From a virus, in the IMG/VR virus record IMGVR_UViG_3300012139_000001, positions 1-32,227 of that record: 32,227 bases of DNA; one strand, given 5' to 3'. Under the pieces are notes generated by a model that did no database searches, was not told the DNA's origin, and worked only from the letters and a program-made list of their open reading frames with translations. Position 1 is the stretch's first letter; each line of letters starts with the position of its first letter. Of the stretch, positions 1 through 7,935 are shown one piece after another. Position numbers and translations under genes: made by a program.

Positions 1-123
1 AGTGTGTTGGTTGGGTTGGCTGGGTTCCGCGTGTGGCGGATCGTTGCGGTAGACACGATCTTTGATAGGCCGCGGGAACGCGTGCTAAATGGTGCGCCCG
101 TGTGGGTGCAAGACCTCGTCTAT
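1..123. repeat. Terminal overlap, copy 1 (identical to 32105-32227)
   Basis: The 123 nt are identical by direct comparison. Confidence 0.95.
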
Positions 124-270
124 TGCGCTTGGTGTCTGGGCTGGTGGATTACCGGTGTGCTGGGTGTGCTTGTTGGTTTGGGGTTTGGGTTGGTGTGGTG
201 GCAGGTCGGGTTAGTTTGGTTGGCGGGCAGCGCGGTTACTGGGCTGCTCGGTAAGCTTGATCAAGTTTAG
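1..270 (+). CDS. Small membrane protein, DUF1360-like; 3' part of the gene that starts at 32078 and crosses the window junction
   Basis: The frame is open from nt 1; nt 1-123 equal 32105-32227 and are in phase with ATG 32078. An FRVWRIVAVDTIFDRPRE motif is followed by W/G/L-rich hydrophobic segments (CAWCLGWWITGVLGVLVGLGFGLVWWQVGLVWLAG). Stop TAG at 268-270. Confidence 0.6.
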   Translation, partial: SVLVGLAGFRVWRIVAVDTIFDRPRERVLNGAPVWVQDLVYCAWCLGWWITGVLGVLVGLGFGLVWWQVGLVWLAGSAVTGLLGKLDQV

Positions 271-305
271 GCAAAAACCCGGTTTCAAGTTAGGCAAAAC
301 CTCAA

Positions 306-1979
306 CTAGCCGAGGGTCGCGTAGGTTAGCCCGGTTTTAATCTCCGCTTTCAATGGTAACCCCTCGGCCCAGTCGGGTACGGTTTCCATGATCATTTTCA
401 ACGTGCTTGGTGTGGTGGGGGGTTCGCAGATTAGTTCATCGTGCACGTGCCCGACCACGCGCTGTTCTTCCTCGGCGCACATGAGTAGGTGGGTGGCGAG
501 CAGGTCGCGGGCGATTGCTTGCACGATGTTTTCAGCTAGTCGGCCTCCCCACGAATCAGCACGCGCGTGCAATACTCTGCCCGAGGGTAATAGGTATCCT
601 TTTGGATTGTGATCTTGCTCTAACCGCCGCCAGTATGCGACGATACGCGGGTTATGCTGCCGCCAAGCATTTACGATCTTGGAGAGTTGATCATCACTGC
701 CGAGTAGGCCGGCTCTTCGGAGTGCGCCGGTCCCGCCACCATATCCGAGGGCTAGCACTGCGATTTTACCGGTGCGCCGGTCCGCGCCTAATCGTCTTCC
801 GGTTTCGGTGTATACGTCTCGGCCTTCATGGTACGCGTCTAGTAGCCAGGTTTCCCCAGCTTGCCACGCTAATATGCGGGATTCGATTTGCGCGTAGTCT
901 CCGACGATTAGCGGCCCTTGGATGGTGTGTCGGATTAGCCCGCGTAGTTGATCATACGATGCGGGATTGCCGAGGTGTAGGTCTACGGTCGTGGTATATG
1001 GTGTATTAGTCGCACGGGGCAGGTTTTGGGGTTGCACTAGTCGCCCAGCCCATCGACCAGTGTGCGCACCATGATATTGGTACATGCCGCGGATACGCTG
1101 ATCGTTAGGGTCAGCAGCGTCGATTAGTGTCTGATATTTTCGGGTTGCGGTTCCGGCGAGTTGCTCGCGTAGTTTTAGCGCGGTGTAACCAGTGTCGGTT
1201 AGGTCAGTCGGTGGGTAGGTGAGGGTGTCGGTGATTGTCTCAGCTTGTAAGTTTTTATGCGGGTACCCTTGGGCGTGTAAGGCGGGTAGGAGTTGTTTCG
1301 GGCTACGCGGATTCTCAATATTGAGCAGCCCGGCTAGTTGATCATAAACCTGTTTTTGATGATCTTCTGCTGCTTGGGCGGCTAGTTCGCACAGAGCAAG
1401 ATCAATTTTTAGGCCGCGGTCGTTAACGTGTTCGGATTCTACCCAGACGCGCCGTTCAAACGTTGACCATGCGGGTAGCCGTGCGAGTAACTCGGCGCAG
1501 ATGGTCGCGTCTTGGCGCGCGTACGCTAAGAGTTCCTCCCATTCTAAGGGCGCGTCTTCTGGTCTGTAATATTCGCCGCCCGCCCAGCGTCGCAGTAACC
1601 GCGTACCAGCCGCGTGCTTGCCGGGTAGCCCGTAATGCTCAGCGACAGCGGCTAATCCTTGCGGGGCACCGTCTAACGCGGTTAGGGCCATGGTGCACGT
1701 CCACGCTGCGGGATCAGCTAAGCGCGGATTATTTGCCCAGCGGGCGAGGATGTGCCGATCGAATCCGGCGTTATGCGCTGCTTTCGGTGTGGTTGGATCG
1801 GTTATGCCGGGGATCGTGTCGAGTTGATCGACTAGTGCGATTTGTGGGGGTTGGTCGGGTTGGGTGGTGTCTTGCCATGCGCAGCAGCGAATTTGGGTTG
1901 TGGGATGATAGGCGTATGCGTAAGCGCCTACCCGACTAAGATCAACTTTAGAGTAGGTTTCGAAATCTAAAACGATCAT
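306..1979 (-). CDS. Family A (Pol I-like) DNA polymerase with N-terminal 3'-5' exonuclease domain
   Basis: 557-aa ORF starting at ATG 1979. It has the Exo I motif LDFETYS and polymerase motifs DYAQIESRILAW (A), RRTGKIAVLALGYGGG (B) and HVHDELICE (C). Confidence 0.9.
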   Translation of the reverse strand: MIVLDFETYSKVDLSRVGAYAYAYHPTTQIRCCAWQDTTQPDQPPQIALVDQLDTIPGITDPTTPKAAHNAGFDRHILARWANNPRLADPAAWTCTMALTALDGAPQGLAAVAEHYGLPGKHAAGTRLLRRWAGGEYYRPEDAPLEWEELLAYARQDATICAELLARLPAWSTFERRVWVESEHVNDRGLKIDLALCELAAQAAEDHQKQVYDQLAGLLNIENPRSPKQLLPALHAQGYPHKNLQAETITDTLTYPPTDLTDTGYTALKLREQLAGTATRKYQTLIDAADPNDQRIRGMYQYHGAHTGRWAGRLVQPQNLPRATNTPYTTTVDLHLGNPASYDQLRGLIRHTIQGPLIVGDYAQIESRILAWQAGETWLLDAYHEGRDVYTETGRRLGADRRTGKIAVLALGYGGGTGALRRAGLLGSDDQLSKIVNAWRQHNPRIVAYWRRLEQDHNPKGYLLPSGRVLHARADSWGGRLAENIVQAIARDLLATHLLMCAEEEQRVVGHVHDELICEPPTTPSTLKMIMETVPDWAEGLPLKAEIKTGLTYATLG

Positions 1980-2004
1980 GGTCGGGTAGGCGCTGCGAGG
2001 TTGA

Positions 2005-2541
2005 TTAGATCAGATCCGTTTTCTGCGTGTTGTTAAGAGGTGTGAAGTCGTCTTCGGGGCTGCTAGTCGCACCGAACGGTTCTCCCTCCGTCATTTTCTG
2101 CAAGTTGTTCAACGCGAAGCTAACCCCGTGTTTCCCCGCATAAACGTAGGCGAAACTGGTTAGGCTGACGCGCACGTAGCAGCCGGCGTAGACTTCGCTA
2201 GGGTTTAGGATTGGTTGCATGTTTTGGTCGATCACACTTGGCCGCGTTGTTGATCTTGCGGTTAAATAGTAGTGGTTGCGGCGTTCCGGGTATTTTTCTA
2301 GGTCTGCTTGGTCGCCGTCCATGATTACTGAATCGATTTTGTGCGGTTTTTTCCCAGCCCATTTACTGGGGATGGCTTGAGTGACCGCATCAGCCTCGGC
2401 CTGCCGGAGTTTCCCAACGGTTTCTTGATCATCTTTATTAATCAAGATCATTAGGCTGTATTTTGGTTTCTCATCGCCCCACGCGAACGGTTCGAACAAA
2501 TTCGGATAAGATAAGCGAACTTTACCAGTAACTATTTTCAT
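2005..2541 (-). CDS. DUF2815-type phage ssDNA-binding-like protein
   Basis: The N-terminus MKIVTGKVRLSYPNLFEP and the size fit DUF2815. The gene lies in the usual DUF2800 / DUF2815 / PolA replication module. Start taken at ATG 2541; the ORF track starts at TTG 2547. Confidence 0.7.
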   Translation of the reverse strand: MKIVTGKVRLSYPNLFEPFAWGDEKPKYSLMILINKDDQETVGKLRQAEADAVTQAIPSKWAGKKPHKIDSVIMDGDQADLEKYPERRNHYYLTARSTTRPSVIDQNMQPILNPSEVYAGCYVRVSLTSFAYVYAGKHGVSFALNNLQKMTEGEPFGATSSPEDDFTPLNNTQKTDLI

Positions 2542-2601
2542 GATCAATTTTCCTTTTCTTCTGTTTCTCTTTATAGGTAGCCTGTTTGGCTAAGCCCTAG
2601 T

Positions 2602-3582
2602 TTACCACGAATCCAGTAGAACACGTAGCGCGAACTCTGCCTGTTGCGGCACAACCCCATTCCCCAGCATCATTTGTTGCGCAGAATACGAGACACCTAA
2701 CCGCGGATCAGTAACCCACCCATCCGGCAACCCCATCATCCATTCTAAAAACCGTGTAGACAACCGCCCGCTATGATCAACTTCTAAAGGTTCCGGGACT
2801 AACCGTTCGAGCATCTGCTCCCACAACGCTACCCGCTTAGCGTACTTCCCCCATTTTCGAACAAATCCAAGATCGTCTCCTGAGCTGGTGCGCGCGTCAA
2901 TTCCAAGATTTGCACTAGCGCTGTCTGGAAATCCCCGGAAGCTAAACGCTTCGCTAAACCCGCATCGGTTAGGGTTGACGGATCCTGCGCTAGCGGGGTT
3001 TTGAAAAGTTGATTTTCGCTGGGCGACCCCAAAAACCCGTTTTCTTCGGTGAGGCGCTCCAACTCGGGAAGCAGTGACGCTCGCCCATCGAGTGTCATAC
3101 CCGAGTCCGGCCAGGTCTCCGAGTACACACCCAAGCGCCCGAAGATGTCCGGCTGATCCGGCACCATCCAAAGCAGTTCCTCCGGATCCCACACTGCGAA
3201 CGGCATACGCTGATAATATGCCCTCAACATTTTCGAAAACAACCCATCTCGGCCATAGTTGATCAACAGCATAAGCCATTTGTGTCCATAATCCGGTGCG
3301 TGTGGAAGGTGCTAGGCCGGCGCGTTTCCCCGCTGTGGAAACATCTTGGCAGGGGAACCCGCCGCATAAAATATCGACGCGTAACACTGAGGGCCAGTCT
3401 ATGCGCGTAATATCCCCGAGATTCACGGCGTCTGGCCAATGGGCAGAGAAAATCTTAGAGCTGCTCTTGTTGATTTCGGAGTGCCAGACGGTTTTAGCGT
3501 TGAATACTTTTTCTACTGCTAGGTCTAACCCGCCGTAACCGGAGAATAGGCTACCGATCCGCAGCTGATGATCTTGGACCAT
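2602..3582 (-). CDS. DNA (cytosine-5) methyltransferase
   Basis: Full C5-MTase motif set: I FSGYGGLD, IV GGFPCQDVS, VI FENV, VIII HRRKRVF, IX/X LEWMMGLPDGW and GNGVVP. The variable region between VIII and IX is short, which suggests a single short target. Confidence 0.9.
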   Translation of the reverse strand: MVQDHQLRIGSLFSGYGGLDLAVEKVFNAKTVWHSEINKSSSKIFSAHWPDAVNLGDITRIDWPSVLRVDILCGGFPCQDVSTAGKRAGLAPSTRTGLWTQMAYAVDQLWPRWVVFENVEGILSAYAVRSVGSGGTALDGAGSAGHLRALGCVLGDLAGLGYDTRWASVTASRVGAPHRRKRVFGVAQRKSTFQNPASAGSVNPNRCGFSEAFSFRGFPDSASANLGIDARTSSGDDLGFVRKWGKYAKRVALWEQMLERLVPEPLEVDHSGRLSTRFLEWMMGLPDGWVTDPRLGVSYSAQQMMLGNGVVPQQAEFALRVLLDSW

Positions 3583-4021
3583 GCGCTTTGTCTATCTGCG
3601 AATACACTACCTTGATCAAGATTACTAGATCGTTAACATCGAGTTTTGGGTTAGCCGTTTTCAGGTAGTCGCGGATCTGTTGCTCAGCTTTGGCGAATTC
3701 CCGGACCTGCGTAACTGGTTCCCCGCGAATCGACAGCTCCCAATATGGGGCTAAACGCTTAGCTTTAACCTTGATCAAATTCAGTGCGTGCGCACGGGCC
3801 ATCGAGTAGTCTTCACGATGCCCGCACGCGTTTTTCCACGTATCGCACTGCCAGCGGTGCGATCCGTCATAGGATAATCCGCGTTTAATCTCGCCGCGTG
3901 GTCGTCCGCAGATCACGCATTCCCATAAGACTTTGATCTTGAAAAAGTTTTCGGGTCGGCCTTCGTGCTGGTCGAACTTGGGGATATGAATTTCTCGCAC
4001 ATCTTTTTTGTTCATGATCAT
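3551..4021 (-). CDS. Hypothetical protein with Cys/His cluster (possible zinc ribbon)
   Basis: 156-aa ORF whose ATG 4021 overlaps the upstream stop (ATGA). Contains the cluster CVICG ... C ... CGH. The 3' end overlaps the methyltransferase start by 32 nt. No family recognised. Confidence 0.5.
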   Translation of the reverse strand: MIMNKKDVREIHIPKFDQHEGRPENFFKIKVLWECVICGRPRGEIKRGLSYDGSHRWQCDTWKNACGHREDYSMARAHALNLIKVKAKRLAPYWELSIRGEPVTQVREFAKAEQQIRDYLKTANPKLDVNDLVILIKVVYSQIDKAHGPRSSAADR

Positions 4022-5169
4022 TTTACCTGTCCGAAGTCTTGTTCTAGCTGACTAGTCGCTGGTCGGGGGTCGGTTTCGCGGACTAGGCACACGTTCCCGC
4101 TGCTCGTGCCAACCAGGTCGCCTAGGAGTTGATCGACTTGGTCGCGTCCGCCTAGTGTGCGGTCTAGGCTGGTGAACGATGCGACCCGGGGCGAAGAGAT
4201 TTGCTCTTCCGCGTATCCCGCGGTTTTAAGTTTATCGATCGCCCGAGCGTGATCAACAATTGTGCGGCGTGGGCGTGGTGCGACTAGCTTCCAGCCTTCC
4301 ACGTGTTCGCCGGCGTTTAGCGTGTGGGTGGTGTGTGCGCGTACGTCCCGCGCCCATTGCTCGGCTCGTTCGGCCTGTTCTAATAGTTCTGGTAGGTCTT
4401 CGGTAGTGGCGAGCATTGGCGGGCCGAAATCTTCTATTGCGGCCCACGCTTGACGTGTGGTGCACACACCAGCTGCGGGGCACCAGCGGCACGCCTCAGC
4501 GCTCGGGATGGCTGGCGCGTCAGGGAGCCGGGTTGCTGCTGCGCCGGGTTGGGCGTGTGATGCTTCCCAGTCGGCTAGCTCAGCTGGGGTTAGCGTCCAT
4601 TCGCTGGCGCAGCCGTCGATCCTCGGCTGGTAAATGATTAGGGTAATAGTGTCGATCTTGTGGATTAGTTCGAATTGGCGCATAGCACCGCTGGCGTAGA
4701 ATAGGAGTTGCGGGTTGTTTTCTGCTTCTACGCACACACCACGCCCATATTTATAGTCTGCGATGGTTAACGTGCTTGTGGCTTGATCATAAAGGATTGC
4801 GTCTGCGGTTCCGTGGACACCTTCGACGCGGCTGGTCAGGTGGTGCTCGATTTGCGCGTGCGTGTTCGGGCGGGCGGCGAGCATTTCCGCCCAGTCTTGG
4901 GCGAACCCGATTAGGCTGAGTTGATCATACGCGCTACTCTGCTGCTCGCGATGCCACCGTGCTAATTGTTGATCATGTTCTTTTTGGGTGACGAGGCCTA
5001 AGCGGTGGGATGCGAGGATAGCCGCGATTTCGTGGGCGATTGTGCCTTCTTGGGCGGCTGGTGTGGTGGGTGGTTCGGGGAGTTGCGCGCTTAGTCTGAT
5101 GCTGGCGGGGCATGCTAACCAGCGGTGGGCGCTGCTCGGCGACAACAGCGCGTGCCCGCTGGTGGTCAT
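4018..5169 (-). CDS. DUF2800 / Cas4-RecB-like PD-(D/E)xK exonuclease
   Basis: Has the N-terminus LLSPSSAHRWLACPAS, the nuclease core TADAILYD ... IADYKYG and a C-terminal Cys cluster CRWCPAAGVC. ATGA overlaps on both sides. Confidence 0.8.
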   Translation of the reverse strand: MTTSGHALLSPSSAHRWLACPASIRLSAQLPEPPTTPAAQEGTIAHEIAAILASHRLGLVTQKEHDQQLARWHREQQSSAYDQLSLIGFAQDWAEMLAARPNTHAQIEHHLTSRVEGVHGTADAILYDQATSTLTIADYKYGRGVCVEAENNPQLLFYASGAMRQFELIHKIDTITLIIYQPRIDGCASEWTLTPAELADWEASHAQPGAAATRLPDAPAIPSAEACRWCPAAGVCTTRQAWAAIEDFGPPMLATTEDLPELLEQAERAEQWARDVRAHTTHTLNAGEHVEGWKLVAPRPRRTIVDHARAIDKLKTAGYAEEQISSPRVASFTSLDRTLGGRDQVDQLLGDLVGTSSGNVCLVRETDPRPATSQLEQDFGQVK

Positions 5170-5519
5170 GGTGTGGCTTCTTGTTCGGCGAGGAACTTGG
5201 AGAAAAGGTCATGCTTGGCGAGTGTGTCGAGGTCGCTTACCCTCGCGACGCCGCTAGCGATCAGCGCGGCGCGTACTAAGTCGGTTTTGCCTTGGTCGAT
5301 TAGTTTTAACGCGGTTTGTGAGGCTTTTTCGGTGAGCTCTTTCACATCCGGGGAGCTTGGCGCTGGCGCTGGCAGTGTCGGGGTTTCGGCGGGCTCTGGT
5401 TCGGGAGTTGGTGGCGTAGCCGCAGCAGTTGCTACTGGTGTCGCATCGTCGAGGATGGCGAACAAGATTTCGCGGTCCTTAGCCGATAATGGTTGGGTTA
5501 GGTCTATGGTGATGATCAT
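5166..5519 (-). CDS. Hypothetical protein with Pro/Thr/Ala-rich linker
   Basis: Start taken at ATG 5519, which overlaps the upstream stop (ATGA); the longer ORF in the track would overlap the HTH gene. The protein begins MIITIDL and has a central PTPEPEPAETPTLPAPAPSSP linker. Confidence 0.55.
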   Translation of the reverse strand: MIITIDLTQPLSAKDREILFAILDDATPVATAAATPPTPEPEPAETPTLPAPAPSSPDVKELTEKASQTALKLIDQGKTDLVRAALIASGVARVSDLDTLAKHDLFSKFLAEQEATP

Positions 5520-5764
5520 TTTAGAAAGCTTTCTGCTGTGGGTTTTAATCTGTTGTGAATGCGGCTTTTGCTCTGCCGCTGTGCTGCCCAGGTGGTGATC
5601 GTCTCCGGATGCCAATAAGGGGTCCGGCCTAGGCGCCCGTCACATTCGGGCATGAGTTTGCGAGTGCGGTAGGTGTGCACGGTCATCATCGTTACTCCGA
5701 GGTATTCGGCGATGTGTTGAAGGGTCCACACGCCGGGAGTGTTCAGACTAGGGTCCGTGGTCAT
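5516..5764 (-). CDS. Small helix-turn-helix DNA-binding protein
   Basis: 82 aa. WTLQHIAEYLGVTMMTVHTYRTRKLMPE looks like a MerR/excisionase-type HTH. Confidence 0.6.
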   Translation of the reverse strand: MTTDPSLNTPGVWTLQHIAEYLGVTMMTVHTYRTRKLMPECDGRLGRTPYWHPETITTWAAQRQSKSRIHNRLKPTAESFLK

Positions 5765-5821
5765 AGTAGATCGGCTCTGTCTCCGGTTGGGTCATTTTCT
5801 GTTTCCCTTGCTTGGGGTTGT

Positions 5822-5847
5822 GCGGGAGGGCTTTGCCACCTTCCCGC
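5822..5847 (-). terminator. GC-rich hairpin between gene 5857-6099 and the HTH gene (attenuator or terminator without U-tract)
   Basis: GCGGGAGGG (5822-5830) pairs with CCTTCCCGC (5839-5847), with one mismatch and an 8-nt loop. No T-tract follows on the transcribed strand. Confidence 0.35.
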
Positions 5848-5856
5848 CTAGCGCTT

Positions 5857-6099
5857 TTATTTCTGCTTTAGGATGGCTAGTGCTGCCTCGCGGGCCAGCA
5901 TCTGGATAGGGTATTCAGTGACAGTCCAGCCAGTCGCTTTGCTTCGATTGAGGACTAAAAAGGTGGCTTTTTCGCGAGGTTCGCGGGGGTTGTCTGGACG
6001 CTTCGGGTACCAGCCGAAAAGCGTAACGTGTACGTCTTTCGTTTTTGCGTGGGTTAGCACGATTAGGTTGCCTTCTGTGAGTCGTCCTTTGATGATCAT
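5857..6099 (-). CDS. Hypothetical early protein
   Basis: 80-aa ORF immediately downstream of promoter P1 and the conserved leader AGGAGAAACAGAAATG. No family recognised. Confidence 0.55.
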   Translation of the reverse strand: MIIKGRLTEGNLIVLTHAKTKDVHVTLFGWYPKRPDNPREPREKATFLVLNRSKATGWTVTEYPIQMLAREAALAILKQK

Positions 6100-6137
6100 T
6101 TCTGTTTCTCCTGTTTCGTCTTGCTCTCTATATCTAT

Positions 6138-6166
6138 AGACTAACTCAGCTGGGCCTAGTTGTCAA
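6138..6166 (-). promoter_or_regulatory. Early promoter P1 (leftward): TTGACA-17 nt-TAGTCT
   Basis: On the minus strand the sequence reads AACTTGACA, a 17-nt spacer, TAGTCT, then a ~35-nt leader ending AGGAGAAACAGAAATG at gene 5857-6099. Confidence 0.6.
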
Positions 6167-6210
6167 GTTGATCCGGAAAATATTTTTTATCCGCCTAATC
6201 AACTTGACAA
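6160..6210. repeat. Perfect 13-bp inverted repeat TTGTCAAGTTGAT / ATCAACTTGACAA separated by 25 bp
   Basis: Read directly from the sequence. Each arm contains the -35 box of one of the back-to-back promoters P1 and P2. The spacer between the arms is AT-rich (GGAAAATATTTTTTATCC). Confidence 0.85.
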
Positions 6211-6232
6211 AGCTTGCCTAGTCCAGTAGGGT
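6204..6232 (+). promoter_or_regulatory. Promoter P2 (rightward): TTGACA-17 nt-TAGGGT
   Basis: AACTTGACA at 6201-6209, a 17-nt spacer, TAGGGT at 6227-6232, and an AGGAG RBS before ATG 6264. Confidence 0.6.
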
Positions 6233-6263
6233 AGTCATAGTCACAGAATAGGAGTCCCTCAAA

Positions 6264-6485
6264 ATGACCACCGAAACCCACACACCCAACGGAATACCCC
6301 GACATTTCAGCGCAACACCAGCCAACATCCTATGGATACGCGCCAGCCGCCACAAAAACCTCGCCCAAAAATACGAACAAGACCTACACACAGCACTAAC
6401 CACAGGCGCCGACGCGATAACCCTCGCCCACCTAGTCGACCAATACGAACACGATGCCACGCAGATAGACGCTTGGCGCGCATAA
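6264..6485 (+). CDS. Hypothetical protein; the only plus-strand gene inside the minus-strand early arm
   Basis: 73-aa ORF with an AGGAG RBS 8 nt upstream of ATG 6264. It has its own promoter (6204-6232) and a hairpin terminator (6495-6543). Confidence 0.55.
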   Translation: MTTETHTPNGIPRHFSATPANILWIRASRHKNLAQKYEQDLHTALTTGADAITLAHLVDQYEHDATQIDAWRA

Positions 6486-6494
6486 AAAGATCTT

Positions 6495-6543
6495 GGGAGG
6501 CCTAGCCGCTCAACAATCGGGGGATTGCACGGCTAGACCTCCC
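6495..6543. terminator. Hairpin terminator between convergent genes (6264-6485 plus strand, SNF2 minus strand)
   Basis: GGGAGGCCTAGCCG (6495-6508) pairs with CGGCTAGACCTCCC (6530-6543): a 14-bp stem with one mismatch and a 21-nt loop. Confidence 0.55.
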
Positions 6544-6552
6544 TCCCAAGGC

Positions 6553-7935
6553 TCATCCGCGTAACGCCTCGAGTAACGCATCTTCCACACGCGTTTTACT
6601 CTGTAAAGCCCGGTAGGTTATCTGATCAATCTCAGCGGCCCGTAAAATATGCACGATCACCGTATTTTGCTGCCCTTGTCGGTGCAACCGCGCGTTCGCC
6701 TGCGACCATAACTCCCCAGACCAAGGCAAAGACGTCCACACAATCGTATGCCCCCCATCCTGTAGGTTAAGCCCGTGACCAGCAGAAGCGGGATGCGCCA
6801 CTAATACCGAACACGAGCCGGTAATCCACGCGCTCAGACTCTCATCCGACAACGCCCGTGCTTGGGGCAACGCGTTCAAGATCAACTCTAATTCCGCGCG
6901 GTAACGGTAAAAAACTAGTACCGGACTGCTAGCGGTTTCTACGATGTCTGCTAGTGCTCCCATTTTCGCGGTGTGCAGTAGCGTGTAAGGTCTGCTCTTT
7001 TGATCAACTTCTAGTGGGGTTTGCTCGCGGTCCAGATGATCATATTGATCATGATAGGCGAAACCAGCTGAGACCTGAGCGAGCTTGTTACCTAATACTG
7101 CGGCGCCAGCCACACCAACCAAATGATCATCGTCTAACTGGGCAACGAAATCGTTTTGCAGTTGATCATACACCTTAACCGCTGAACCAGGAAGAATAAC
7201 ATCGACAGTGTTAAAGATCATTTCCGGCAAATCTAAATGATCTTCGACGCGGAACGATAACACGATATCGCGAATTCGTTCAGTGATGTCCGCTAAAGCC
7301 CAGTCTGGGTCCGCTACTACCCAGCGGAGCACACCTGGAATGCGCGTGTCTGGTCGGCAGTACCGTTGGCGGAACTCGCCCAGCGTGCGGCCCAGCCGCT
7401 CCCCACCGTCTAATAGACGAATCTGCGAGTAAAGGTCTTGCACGCCGTTCGGTGTAGGCGTACCGGTTAGACCCCACACGTTTTTGATCACGCGGGACAA
7501 GGCTAGGGCTTGTCGGCTGCGGCGTGTGCTCGCCGTCTTAAACGAACTCAGCTCGTCTAAGATCAAAGTCTGATACTGCCTACCAGCCTGAGCGGGGTCA
7601 AGATCACCGAGGTTATCCCGGGTCACGATGGTCAGGTCCGCTGGCCGGTCTGCGAGTTTCTCGGCGCGTTGCGCGCGCGTACCAACCACTAGCCGAGAGC
7701 GCAGGTCATACCGCCAGCGTGGGGTCTCCCAGGGCCATACATACCGGGCGACTCTGAGCGGCGCTACTACTAGCGCGGGGAGATGCTCCGCGGTTAGCGC
7801 GCTGAGGGTTGCCGCGGTTTTCCCTAATCCCATTTCGGCGAACAAGGCAGCCCGGGGGTTTGCTTGTAGGTGGGCTGCTTGTTCGTGCTGGTAGGTGTGT
7901 AAGGAGAGCTTGCAGCAGCAGTCCCGCGAGCTCAT
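6553..7935 (-). CDS. SNF2-family helicase/ATPase
   Basis: Motif I EMGLGKT, motif II LILDELSSFK, and C-terminal HPASAGHGLNLQ and RLHRQGQ. Start taken at ATG 7935, which overlaps the upstream stop (TAATG); the track start at 7965 is a TTG. Confidence 0.85.
   Translation of the reverse strand: MSSRDCCCKLSLHTYQHEQAAHLQANPRAALFAEMGLGKTAATLSALTAEHLPALVVAPLRVARYVWPWETPRWRYDLRSRLVVGTRAQRAEKLADRPADLTIVTRDNLGDLDPAQAGRQYQTLILDELSSFKTASTRRSRQALALSRVIKNVWGLTGTPTPNGVQDLYSQIRLLDGGERLGRTLGEFRQRYCRPDTRIPGVLRWVVADPDWALADITERIRDIVLSFRVEDHLDLPEMIFNTVDVILPGSAVKVYDQLQNDFVAQLDDDHLVGVAGAAVLGNKLAQVSAGFAYHDQYDHLDREQTPLEVDQKSRPYTLLHTAKMGALADIVETASSPVLVFYRYRAELELILNALPQARALSDESLSAWITGSCSVLVAHPASAGHGLNLQDGGHTIVWTSLPWSGELWSQANARLHRQGQQNTVIVHILRAAEIDQITYRALQSKTRVEDALLEALRG

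Noticed and set aside
388-1939. Plus-strand ORFs 388-612, 515-1009 and 1463-1939, antisense to the polymerase gene
   Set aside because: They are Arg/Cys/Pro-rich shadow ORFs typical of the antisense strand of a GC-rich gene. They have no RBS and lie entirely within a gene with clear motifs.
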